Below are positions 52,410 through 64,000 of a DNA stretch of 64,000 bases, one piece after another. The stretch is from NCBI GenBank assembly GCA_038496445.1, contig JALMLS010000573.1, positions 1 to 64,000 of the forward strand, given 5' to 3'. A program made the position numbers and the translations under genes. The number at the start of each line of letters is the position of its first letter. Positions within the stretch are counted from its first letter, which is position 1. The notes beneath the pieces are model-generated. The model did not search any database, had not been told where the DNA came from, and saw only the letters and a program-made list of their open reading frames with translations. The DNA is from Trichosphaerium sp. ATCC 40318. Lineage: Eukaryota > Protista > Tubulinea.

Positions 52410-54935
52410 GCAACAAATGGCTACAGTGAAGTTGTATCAACATTACTCAACGCCAATGCTAATATTGAAGTTGTTGATAAAGATGGAAAGACAGCTTTGA
52501 TTTACACTACAGGTAATAGCACAAATGAGATAAAAACTATGTTTACTTACAATCATTTGAGATTTTGACTATATATCAATGCTAATGTTGAATTTAATCA
52601 AACCAAACGCAAATAATATTGATACTATTGATGAAAGTGAAACCACCAAGGATTCAGGTATTGGGCACATTACAAAAAATTTGGTGAAATAATAGCTAAC
52701 ACTGTAAGTAGTAGTAACTCCGTGCCAAAGAAAGTGGCAAGACTTTATGTTCATTTTAATTAGAGAAGTGGTATCAAATACACCCTCAGCTGGAGAAAAA
52801 TTCATAACTTTCTTAAAATACTGTCCAAGTGGTAAACAATGCCGTCCACTGTGGAGATACTGTAAAAAGCACTATTCGCAAAATGTCAACGTAAAGGGGA
52901 GAAAAAAGTTTGACGAATGGCTTCGTAGCTTGGTACACTTTATTGAATACCAATACCTTAAACTAACCATACAACGTTTAGCCAACACGGTATTATTTCA
53001 AACTGGCAATGGAAAAAGGTATTTGTTATTTAATTTGTTCTGCATGCGATCCCAAAGTTGTATTGTCTCCAGTACGATATCTTCACTGTTAACGTCTACA
53101 CTACAAACAACATTCTTTTTCTACAGGAATTCTGGAAACAAGATGGGCTATCAATGCAAGGTATTCTGCATGATATGCCCAATGATGCTTGGGGTAATAA
53201 CAGTCAAGACGATTCCTTAAAAGAAGAGTGTATTGAAGGTAAGAAGTGTGTGGTGATATAATACTAAAAAAAGTTTTCAAAAGGATTAAAAGGTGAAAAC
53301 GCATGGAGTTTAAATCCGCGATTGTATTTTGCAAATAATTGGGACAGCTCTAACACGTGCGTTCAATTTCTTTTTATTAATTCTTATATTATAAAAAGAG
53401 GCATTGTTGCAAAGGCGACACACTACAAAATACTGAATCTCCTCGATACAAATGACAAAGTGGCTGTCAGGGAGTTCAACATCCTCAAACAGGAGATGTC
53501 AAAACTACATGGCTGTGACAATTACGATATCATTGAAGCGACTCTCGTTTATAATGACATCTTGACAGAAAACTTTGGTCGATTCAACGAAATACTGACA
53601 CACAGACATCAGTACGGTTGCTCCACACTTCATAGGCATTTTTGTGATTCTAAACATGCACCTACTAGAGAACTGCCCAAGTTGTTTAAAAAACAAAATT
53701 GGAAAGAAAGTACCTACGATGAATACAAAGAGACTGTGTACCAAAAGTTCAACTCCCTCACTGCTTTTAATGATTGTTATACTGAAAAAAAAGATAAGGT
53801 AATGTTCTTGGTACTCTTGCACTACAAACATTTTATTTAGTTACCAGTGATATTGATGGTCCATGGAACAAGCGAAGAAGCAGCTTACAGTATTGTAAAG
53901 GCTGGTTTTGGAACTGTGAGTTCTTTAGATGCTGGGTACTATGGTCAAGGGATATACTTCACTGTACGTTATTACCCAATTTTTGCAGGTGGTCAGTATT
54001 CATTTTCGCCAATAGAGAAGCATAAAGTATGCTACTTCATATGATTTATCAGGAAGAACTGCAAAAACACTGGTTTTAAGTCTTGTTACTCCTGGGAACG
54101 TTTATCCGGTAAGCAAACAATAATATCAATGTGGATATTCTTTACTTACTTGACAAAAAGCATGATCCTCTCATACCTATAGCAAGCAAAGATGGTGCCA
54201 GATACCGCACTGAAAGCTTACATGGAAAGCCAATAAAACCAGGCTATCAAAGTCACTATGCATTGGTAGACCGCACTGGTAAACTTCTGCCACCAAATAA
54301 ACTTAAAGATGCAGTATACGATGAGCTGGTAGTGGCACAAGGTACACTCAGCAATACAATTGAAAAATGTGATTAAATTCTCAAACACTATTTTAGATAC
54401 TCAAGCTGTTGCTCGGTACATCATCAAAGTTGAACGTAAAGAACGTCAAACTTCAAAAGCCAAGAAAGTTGATAAAAAGACAAAGAAAGAGATAGGCGAT
54501 AATGAACAAACTGAAGATCAAGCTTCAAAGGTAGATACTGATGGTTCAGCTGGCGAGCTACCTGATGATGAACTATCTGATTCTGACGACACTTTTATTT
54601 CTAACAGGTATAATTTTATATCTCTTTCTTTTAAACTTAAGTTTTGTAATAGAAAACTGTGGGCTGCCCATGATGATTCAACTGCTGATGAACAGTCAAG
54701 TTACAATTATGTCAATCTCGAACTAAAATTACAAGAATCAAACGAGGTAGAGAAATTAAAGAAGAGCCTGGCTGAACTTCAGCGGAATTCACAGAAAACC
54801 ATAATCAATCTCAAGGAAAGCGTCAGCAACCTTTCCAAAAGTGCCCAAGATCTAATGCGAGACAACACTAGCCTAAAGGAGAGGAATGCCATTCTTATGG
54901 CAAAACTAGCTCTCCTTGAAAGTACAGCAAAGTAA
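52410..54935 (+). CDS. PARP-family (H-Y-E) ADP-ribosyltransferase-domain protein with C-terminal coiled coil; ankyrin-repeat fragment at the possibly decayed 5' end
   Basis: MVHGT...AGYYGQGIYFT...KYATSY...PGNVYP...YDELVV; upstream ATNGYSEVVSTLLNANANIEVVDKDGKTALIY (52410-52510). Confidence 0.75.
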
Positions 54936-55034
54936 TTCTAATGCGTCTGTTGTAAACAAGCAACATTTATCAATAAACAACCACAGTTTAGTTTTCCTCA
55001 TAAATGGCCAATAACTTGTTTTGGCGAACAAATT

Positions 55035-55230
55035 CTTACAAAGTTGTTGAGTTTCATGTGTGAACTTGTTGTAGTTTTCTTGAGTATCCTGCATTTTTAA
55101 TCTCTTTATAGAAACATCCATGGCACCATAATCGCGATACCATACACCTTGCACTGAAGATAAAGGATACTTATAAGTGCAATGTTCAATTGTAATTTGT
55201 TCAACTTTGGAAGGTAAGAGGTGTATGTTG
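55035..55230 (-). pseudogene. Fragment of a TKL-type kinase N-lobe
   Basis: VQGVWYRDYGAMDVSIKRLK...FTHETQQL with no continuation. Confidence 0.45.
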
Positions 55231-56152
55231 TAGATAAAATAACAAGATGCTATTATATGTATTGTTGAAATTTTATTGGTGCCACCAAACCAATAAGAAT
55301 TTGTAATTTATGACTTACTGCATAAATTTAAGCCCAATTTTTTTCCACAATACACTACTCTGTGTTTAACACTGCAGTCGGTGGTAAGTACCGAGACTCC
55401 TGTGAGGTTTTTTTCCAGAGATGAACTCCAACTTTAGCGGTGTTTTAGATGGCAATAGAAATAATATTATAGCTAGTTGTAGAACTAGGAGAAGATTTTT
55501 ATCGATATTGTGCCTTAACACCTTTGAAGATGGCGTTCGCGCAGTGGATTTGGTGAGAACAAATCTAATTTATACTCTGAGGTCAAGGTCTTTGACTGTA
55601 ACAACAGACACTACTATAGTGAATGACGCCACATTGAAAGTGACTTAAAGGACAAAAAGTGCTTTTTCCCTGTCTGCTGTACTATTAGTATTTCATTACT
55701 CTCCTCCAACACGAACTCCAATAGCGTCCAATATGGAATATACTATTCACAGGTGCTGTAAAATCAATATGGCTTTGTTAGCTTTCGTCTGTACACTATT
55801 TGATATGATACACACCACGTGGAGGCCAAAAGCGCTTCTGTTGTGAATGAATAGGCGTGTTCACAGGTATTCATGACTAAAGCTCATTCGTTATTTGCCT
55901 TTGCCTGACCGACGTTTGTTAAGAACAAAGTATAACGTTAGAGTGATTAGATTTACGTGTTCGTGATTTCGCATGGTGCTTCGTGAACCAGGAAAATATG
56001 GAAGTTAGCGTTCAATTTTTTAATTTGCATTTTTTTTTTGTTCTGGTATGGACTTTGACGATATTATTATCACGGATTCGTTGCGAATAAGGTGGTAAAA
56101 ACGCTAAAAAGGAAAATGAGACTTTTTGGCCCATAGAAGACCAAGTTTGAGC

Positions 56153-56518
56153 TAACGCCCTTCCGTTATGAATGAATAATTTGAATATTCAAATACAGCC
56201 TACATTCACAAATATTCACGACTAAAAAAATTCATTCATTATTCATGCACACAGTAAACGGTTGAAAATTGTGCAATTTGATGGCTGATTTTGACTGGAT
56301 TTGTGGGTTTTGGTGTTCTGTTGACTATTCCGATTCGGTTTTCAAATGCAACTTGTTGAATCTATCCATTTGGAACATCGCTAGGTGCTACAAACCAAAA
56401 GCTCCTCAACTTCCTGACTCGCCAAACGCCCATGAATATTCATGAATGAATATTAATGAATATGGCTTACGGGACAATGAATATGAATATTGCTTGTATT
56501 CATAACGGAAGGGCGTTA
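56153..56518. mobile_element. 366-bp non-autonomous hAT-like MITE
   Basis: Perfect 21-bp TIRs TAACGCCCTTCCGTTATGAAT (56153-56173 / 56498-56518); 8-bp TSD GTTTGAGC/GTTTGAGA; subterminal GAATATTC/ATGAAT repeats. Confidence 0.8.
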
Positions 56519-58680
56519 GTTTGAGACACTTTCGATTTCCAACCAAGTACAGAACAAAACCCAAAATAGATAAGGAAATCATATCTCCCGAAATTTCGCC
56601 ACCGCAGAGTGTCACCTAGCGTATTCGTCAAAAGAGGCATGATTCTTCGTTTTCGTGCAGATAGGAATTAGTGTATCTAAATGAGTAGTTCATAATGCCA
56701 CTTACTTTAATTAAAGTGATAAAAACTTTGATCTCAGCTTCAATAGACATGGAAGATGACCGCAATATTTTACCTACGCACATTGTAGCGGCACGGTACG
56801 ATCAAAGCACAGAGTCTTCAATGATATAGAAGGGAATTAAAAGATGTGATGTCCTACAAAGCTATCGCATTACCAGCAAACACGGTATGAAGGCACCTCA
56901 AACACTATTTGCTGTTTGTTTTGCTTCAAAAATGAACGTACGTCTATAACTTACTACCCCACGCTAACAAAGCGCTATTGCAAACAGCAAGTCACGTGTA
57001 ATAACGTTAAAAGCCTCCAAAAAACCACCAGTGTAGCTGTAGGCTTTGTGAACGCCGCTAGGTTTCAAATATAAATGTAATAACCATTTTTAAATCACGT
57101 GGTTTGCAACGGTTGGTAGATCACAGATAAAAAGTGAGATTGCAAGATCTGGCAACACTATCACATACGTTAGATCTTACAGATCGAACTAGCGAAAATA
57201 AATAATGTAGTTGTTCCAAAGAAAAAACGTGTCACACAAAATCACAGCTATTTTCCAAGTGGTTTTTTTAACCTCAACTTAATCTGAAGAGCTTCTTGTC
57301 AGACACATATGATATAATCATACGTGATACTTTCTACTAGGATAAATGACATGTGGAACGTAACTTTGACACCCAATCTTGCACAAAGGTATTATCATAA
57401 CACCAGAATTGTATCGAGAACAAAAATTTCATTATTATAATGAGAACCACTACACTGATCTTTTCGCCTCATGAGGAGCCATAGACTTTATTATAATTCT
57501 CACAGTAATACACAAGCACTTTCGCACAATGGTGCGTAGCAGTGGCTATTGGACTGGTTTTATTTGCGCTTAACAATTGGTTTTTTATACCGAGGATGTG
57601 GTATGCATATAACATAAATAAAGCCGACTGGTTTCGGTTACGTGGCCAGTTGCATGTGCAAAGCAACGACTTGCGCAAAACGCCCTTTCGCTTTTTTTTT
57701 TGCTCAACTAACACCGTAGCAACCCTCAGCACGCGTGTGCGACTACTACACAGAAAAAAAATCAACTAATTCTGCAATAACACTAAACGCAATCTCAGCA
57801 CTGTATATGCGTGCACCACGAGCGTTGTAACCTCAAAACAAAATAGAACATAATAACAAGTGGTTTTGAGCGAGAGCCTTAAAAGAAGGATCACTCGGTG
57901 CTGTCTAGTTATGAGCGCTGTGCTACTGACAAAGATGAGAAGTTGCACAAGAAATTGAATTAAGGTTACCTTATGCTGTATTGAGTACAGGCTATGGAGA
58001 AAAGACAAAAAAACCACAACAGAGCTGCACGAGGTAACAGTAAACCCTTATCACCTACGAATGGGATACCTCTACAATAAAAGCCAAACAAAGTTCAGGC
58101 TAATACTCCTGTGTTGTTGCAGCTTTAGGTCTTCCTCCACAAGCAAAGTCATGACTTTTCGTTAACGGTAGTTTTTTTTTTCTGTTGACTTTCATTTTTA
58201 TGCTAGGTTCGCTCAGTTGCAGGTATGTGCACGTTGCATTAGGTATTATCGTATTAAGGTTGTGTACTGTTTTTACTTGGACAAACAAGGTATTTAGACT
58301 TCAGTTGCACAGAGATCGAAAGCTGTATTGTTTACATCGACTGTGACATGACTTATAGTCCGTATTGTTATTCTTGCTCTCTTTGTTGCAAAAAGTCAAA
58401 ATACTGCTACAGTAGCATCACCTACGCACAGCGATGACAAAAATAAAGCTGTTGCACTGTTTTTTTGAGCAAGCGAAACTTCTGGATTCCACTTTCCATC
58501 TCATACTTCGACTTTGGTGGTTGCTATTGTACCGTTATGCTCCCTTTGTAAATTCAAACCTGTTTTAAAGCCGTTAATGATGTACAGTTGCATAGCTTAA
58601 CGGCATCTTAAGCGAGCTTATTTGTCATCAATTTCTTTCGGAGTTTATCGCCTATGTCAACTAAGTACCTCGAACATAGC

Positions 58681-59399
58681 ATGTTAAAAGTAAAAGTAAT
58701 TGAAGCAAAAGGTTTAGCTGACGCCGACGCACTCGGTACATTTTTTCTCTTTCCACAAAAGGAACTTCAAACCAATAGCTTCTCAAGGATTTAAATAGGT
58801 ACAAGCGACCCCTATGTTGTTCTACAGACAGGATATGAATACCACTGGAGTACAACCCTCTACAAAACAAAAACAAAGGCTAATACAGTAGCTCCTGTGT
58901 TTAATGAAGAGTTTGAGTACGTTCTTACTACACATAGTGAAAAACAGCACAATCTCCGAAAAGAGCACCAAGCCGTTCTTACCACGCGTGTTTATTGCGA
59001 TTTTTGTTGCATGTGGCTTATCCTTAATTTGTACCTGTTTTTCCGTACTATCGCATCAAGCGTTCTTATAGTACTTAGCGTTAAAGTAAACGATGCAAAG
59101 AGAGACAAACTCAGGCTACGAATCGTTGATGACGATGTTGGCAACAGCGACGACACTGTACGTACTATAACATAATCGTAAAACATACAACGTTGAGAGT
59201 TGCGCATTTCTCGGTTATAATCTCAAACCAAATAATTCTTTGCTGACTAGCTTATTTGCAGCTTGGAGAAGTTGAGTTTGATATTACTGTACTGAAGAAG
59301 GGAGAAATGGAAGATGTATGGTTATCTCTTAAACTTCGCGGAGAGCCAGCTGGACAAATACGTGTAGAAATGACTGCTGTAGATTTTGGTATTGAATAA
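58681..59399 (+). CDS. Single C2-domain protein (Ca2+-binding type), 4 exons
   Basis: MLKVKVIEAKGLADADALG|TSDPYVVL...PVFNEEF...IVDDDVGNSDDT|LGEVEF. Confidence 0.9.
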
Positions 59400-60002
59400 A
59401 AGAGGCTACTCAACTTAAAATTGTGTTACTAAATAAAGCCTTATCAAGGCGTCTTTTGATAAAGAAACTATGTGAGTGAATGAGTATGGTAGAGGTCAGT
59501 TGTGGAAAATTAAGTTACAAATAATTGGAGGCGCTTGTAGTCCTATACTCGCTAAGATGACTAGAAATGAAGGGTTACGAGCAATTTAAAAACATTATAC
59601 TATCACGTGTCTAATTAGAAGCTTATTGAAATTCAGCACTACACTTCAAAATGTATGCGGTACATTTATTGTCATTGTACCTGAAATTCCCAGTCAGTTC
59701 TTTGTATAGCTGCACCTTGGTTAAATTACAGTCATTGCGTGCAGTTAGTAAACATATTGTTGCAACATTTTGAAACAAACTTGCTTAAACATGTCACTTC
59801 AGATTTTTCCAACAAAACAACCCCTGTTAAATTCTCAGAGTTTTATTTGAGTTGGACTACGAAGGTGCCAATCCATGCTTTTTAACAGCCTCTTTAAATA
59901 GGGTTATTGTAAAACGAATGTACATTTCTTTGCACATTTCTAGAGTAGTCAACTGAGTTCAAGAGCATAGCGATTGGAAAGTGTTGGTCTTGTTTTACAA
60001 GG

Positions 60003-61208
60003 TTAATTATAGATACTGCTTTTAATAAGTAGTTTGTTACTTCTAATGTCAATTGAAGTTCCACGAACAAAAAGTACATGAACACCTGTTAGTTCATTAA
60101 TACGTTTTTCAGTAACGGAAGTAAAGCGAAGACAAATTGTATGAACATTCTTTAAGACCTTGATACCTTCATCAGTAACTGAAGTGTTTGAAATAGAAAT
60201 CTCATGAACATTTTGTAGGAATTTAATACCTTCATCTGTCACTCCAGTATCATTAAGGAAAATAGTGTGAACACCCTTTAACTCCTTAATACCTTGATCT
60301 GTCACTTTGGTGTGATTTAAGTAAATAGTATGAACTCCAGCAAGAAATTTAATACCTTCATCTGTCACTTTGGTGTGATTTAAGTGAATAGTATGAACTC
60401 CAGCAAGAAATTTAATACCTTCATCTGTCACTCCAGTATCATTAAGGGAAATAGTATGAACACCCTTTAACTCCTTAATACCTTCATCCGTCACTTTGGT
60501 GTGATTTAAGTAAATAGTGTGAACACCTTTCAACTCTTTAATACCTTCATCTGTCAACTGAAGACAACCTATAAGATTTATGTTTTGAAGGCCAGGTGCA
60601 ATTGCTCTGAGATCTTCATCATTGATTTCAGAATTAAATACTTTTGCTTTAACATGACGACACCCAGATAGCATTGAATATAATGTACCAGTAATCTTCA
60701 TCTTAATTTCACTGTTTTTTTTAACACCTTGATACTTTCTCATTTTCAATACATCTTGTACAGTTCTTAGTAGAACAGTTTTATACCCAACAATATCATG
60801 AATAATATCAGCTAATAAATGACATGATTGAACCACTGAAAATCTTGTTTTTGCATCTGTATGATTTAAAATATTTGAAATAACTTCAATTGGAAAATTG
60901 AGAATATTTAGTTGTTGTTCGCAAAGTGTTGTTTGTTTACTTCTTGGTACCACTTGAGCCTTGCAAAGTAGGTCAAGTTCGGTACTGCTATGTACTACGT
61001 GCTCTTTTTGTGGGCTAACAGTTGTATTCATGTCATTAAACAGAGTATTGAGTTGTTTAACAAGTTTGGTGTTTGAAGAGTTTAAAATACTCTCGAGCTG
61101 TGTAACGAAGGTTTGGCGTCGTTTTGTCATAACTTTAACAAATTCTTCTGGGTTTCTCTCTTTAAAGTATGTGAGTGCTTGGTCTATTGATACACCTGAG
61201 AAACTCAT
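60003..61208 (-). CDS. Intronless F-box + leucine-rich-repeat protein
   Basis: ILNFPIEVISNILNH F-box; 22-aa repeats VTDEGIK.L.GVHTI.LN.T. Confidence 0.9.
   Translation of the reverse strand: MSFSGVSIDQALTYFKERNPEEFVKVMTKRRQTFVTQLESILNSSNTKLVKQLNTLFNDMNTTVSPQKEHVVHSSTELDLLCKAQVVPRSKQTTLCEQQLNILNFPIEVISNILNHTDAKTRFSVVQSCHLLADIIHDIVGYKTVLLRTVQDVLKMRKYQGVKKNSEIKMKITGTLYSMLSGCRHVKAKVFNSEINDEDLRAIAPGLQNINLIGCLQLTDEGIKELKGVHTIYLNHTKVTDEGIKELKGVHTISLNDTGVTDEGIKFLAGVHTIHLNHTKVTDEGIKFLAGVHTIYLNHTKVTDQGIKELKGVHTIFLNDTGVTDEGIKFLQNVHEISISNTSVTDEGIKVLKNVHTICLRFTSVTEKRINELTGVHVLFVRGTSIDIRSNKLLIKSSIYN
60100..60560. repeat. 66-bp coding tandem repeat (LRR units)
   Basis: AATACCTTCATCTGTCACT-type unit recurs every 66 bp. 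Confidence 0.9.
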
Positions 61209-61811
61209 GATTTATGCGGGGTTATATGTAATTTACTGTGAAGAAAAGACCAACTTAATGAAGTTTGTTAAGCGATGATCCAGAATGCGACCACGTGTTT
61301 TGTTTGTCTAGACACTAATATTGCCAAAAGGGAAAAAGATACATTAGTAGTATGTGTATGCTTAGAAAAATAAAAAACGTGGAAGTAAAATTGTAGAATT
61401 CTAAGAAGTAGACTCAACGACGAGATGTCACGTTTATCTCAACCATTAGGTTGGTAGCATCAATATGTAAGGAAGTGGTCTTGCCCGCCTTTTGGCGTAG
61501 CTGTAAGCTAGACTTCCTTATAAATACAGCAACAGAAAGCTTACCAATGCGACCTAATTTGGAGAAAAGCATACCAAACCCGGTTTTGTTCATGCGTTTG
61601 GTGAAGTGTACAATAGGATACTTGTGCCACACAGTAGATTGGCTAGTGCTTCTATGAACTAAGTTTTCGTTCACACGTCGCGTGTCTCCCCACGCGAAAG
61701 AAGATACCTTGTAGCAGTATAGACGCTATGTAGTGTATTTCATAGGGTAGAGGAACAACTGTGAAACCATAGTTGACTGGCACGTGCCATTATTGTCGAA
61801 AAACAGCTACA

Positions 61812-64000
61812 ATGTGGCAGCAACTCCTTGTTATTTCATCCGTCCTTTCTGTGATATCAGTAGTGGCGACTATGACGCTTCTTCCGCCTGTTATTGAAGT
61901 TGATACAATTCTCAATATTACTTCCGGCCCTTATCTTTTTAACGCTTCTTTTGTGACTATACTAGCAAAGCTCGAAATGCAGCCAGGATCAGTTTTGTAT
62001 ACCACCGGGAACATCAATTTCAAAATGAATGGTTATCTTAGAGCTCATGGTAATACCACACATAGTGTTGAAATAATCGGAAAGAATATAAGAAGGACAA
62101 CGCTTGGTGATGATTATACATTTAGCAATGCAATCAATATCCAATACGGAGATCTTTCAAACTTGGCTTTCTTCACACGAAGTACAAAGGTTAACAATAT
62201 CAAATGCGAAGACGTTAATATTATAGTTAACGCACCTGTCGAAGACGGATACAGTTTTGTTCAAATGAGAGAATCAACTATAAGCTATACCTCCAAGGAA
62301 CTTATACTTTTTGATGATAGTACTTTCTTCAACACCCAGATACTTCCTATTTTTTATCATTACGATAAACCTTCAATAGTGTTCCGCAGCAGTATCTTCT
62401 CAACTGATGATTCTTTTAAAATACAAGCTCATCCTATCCTCGCTTCTGTTTACCTCTCTAAAAGTACATGGAACACAAAAGGTATTGGAAAGAATATTAT
62501 TATCTCTCATGCTATTCACTCAAACATAACAATAAACAGTCCACGTGATAAACACAACGCTATGACGATATACCCAATCGAAATAACTTTTTCAACGTTC
62601 ACAGTAACTAATACAGATATAACCATTCAATTCTGTATTCTACCATCACGTGACAATGGTTGTGATTACTGTGGACTCGATTTTAGCTATAACACTTTGG
62701 ATGCCGATAAACGCTCATCAATATCCATCTTTAAAAAGAAAGTCAGTCTGAGCGAAGTTTCTGATAATATTCTTGTTTCATCCAATATATTCTTGTACAA
62801 TTCATTAGGAGTTATGTCATTCAACAACACTTTTTCGCCTTCACGTGATGATAGTACGAATAACGGAGTATTGACATTTACTGGGATCTTGTACCAAAGC
62901 AGAATCAACAATATGAAGGTAAACATACAAGGATCAATAGAACAATCTTCTTTGTTAAACTCTACAATTAACTTGATAGATGCGGTCAATGCATACTTAG
63001 GAAGTAATTATTGGGGTACAACAAACTTGACAGATATCAAATCAAGAGTTTGTGACGTACACTGTAACGCTTCAAAAGGGTTGGCTACTTTCGAACCTAT
63101 ACTTTCACTTCCTTACATGTCTCCTGTTACCCCTTCCCCTCGAGCTCCTACAACAACACCATCGCCAACAACAATCCCTGCTGTACCAAGTGCTGTACCA
63201 CCTACAGAATCGCCTCCATATCATTCGCCGAATACAAATACAACAGCTCCAACATATAACACAACAGCTCCTACAACACCAGGTCCAACAACAATTCCTG
63301 CTGTACCAAGTGCTGTACCACCTACAGAATCGCCGCCATATCATTCGCCGAATACAAATACAACAGCGCCAACATACAACACAACAGCTCCTACAACACC
63401 AGGCCAACAACAATTCCTTCTGTACCAAGTGCTGTACCACCTACGGAATCGCCTCCATTTCATTCGCCGAATACAAATACAACAGCGCCGACATACAACA
63501 CAACAGCTCCTACAACAATACCGTCTGTTCCAAGTGCTGTACCACCTACGGAATCGCCTCCATATTATTCACCGAACACAAATACAACAGCTCCAACATA
63601 CAATACCACAGCACCAACTGAGGCACCATATTACAACACTACGGCCCCTACAACACCTACAAGTACGCCTGCGAGGCAACCCATAACTCGTGCGTCCTTA
63701 TTGTTTAGATGACTAATACTAACCTACACCACAGCGCCAACATCAACACAGCCACCTGCTAAACCACATCCTCCAGCCATCGCACCGTCACTTCCTCCAT
63801 TTGCTCCACCGAGCACATCCCCGCCCACACATTCCTCTCCACCAAATGTGAATCCTGGCACACCAACAACAATAGTACCATCGTTTAGTCCCACACATTC
63901 TCCTCCACCTACTGTGAATCCTGGCATACCTACAACAACGGAACCTTCGTTTAGTCCCACGAAAAAACCCACGATCACTCCAACTTCAGCTACAACAAAA
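61812..64000 (+). CDS. Large secreted/surface protein: beta-helix-like region, NYWG module, mucin-like P/T stalk; runs off the window end
   Basis: Signal peptide MWQQLLVISSVLSVISVVA; NYWGTTNLTDIKSRVCD...ATFEPIL; P/T repeats with apparent frameshifts from ~63404. Confidence 0.75.
63165..63610 (+). repeat. ~120-bp coding tandem repeat, ~3.7 copies
   Basis: CCAAGTGCTGTACCACCTAC at ~63186, 63306, 63425, 63530. Confidence 0.9.

Noticed and set aside
23717-61208. Contiguous endogenous giant-virus insertion
   Set aside because: No capsid, polymerase, packaging ATPase or other hallmark gene; virus-like genes are scattered among intron-rich host genes
60100-63610. CRISPR-like arrays
   Set aside because: Repeats are contiguous coding units (66 and ~120 bp) without unique spacers, in a eukaryotic context

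Overview
AT-rich, gene-dense eukaryotic genomic DNA with many short spliceosomal introns (about 35% GC, estimated by eye). Gene content (C2-arrestin, cAMP-receptor-like GPCR, Src1/MAN1-like, RasG/D-like Ras, Rab32/38) points to an amoebozoan-type protist; this is an inference. About 24 genes can be reconstructed by hand-splicing, along with relics, a 366-bp hAT-like MITE and a ~2.8-kb duplication whose middle is a fine-grained chimera (probably an assembly artefact). The strongest unexplained signal is the palindrome CACGTG (often ATCACGTGAT). It occurs at least 69 times by eye, roughly tenfold over expectation, in exons (all three frames), introns and intergenic DNA. It also overlaps the splice signals: six introns need GC donors, all reading GCACG, and the dominant donor is GTAC/GTGC rather than GTAA/GTAT. 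Several intronless F-box/MORN/LRR genes resemble giant-virus-type families. Exon boundaries were inferred manually, so coordinates of multi-exon genes are approximate.
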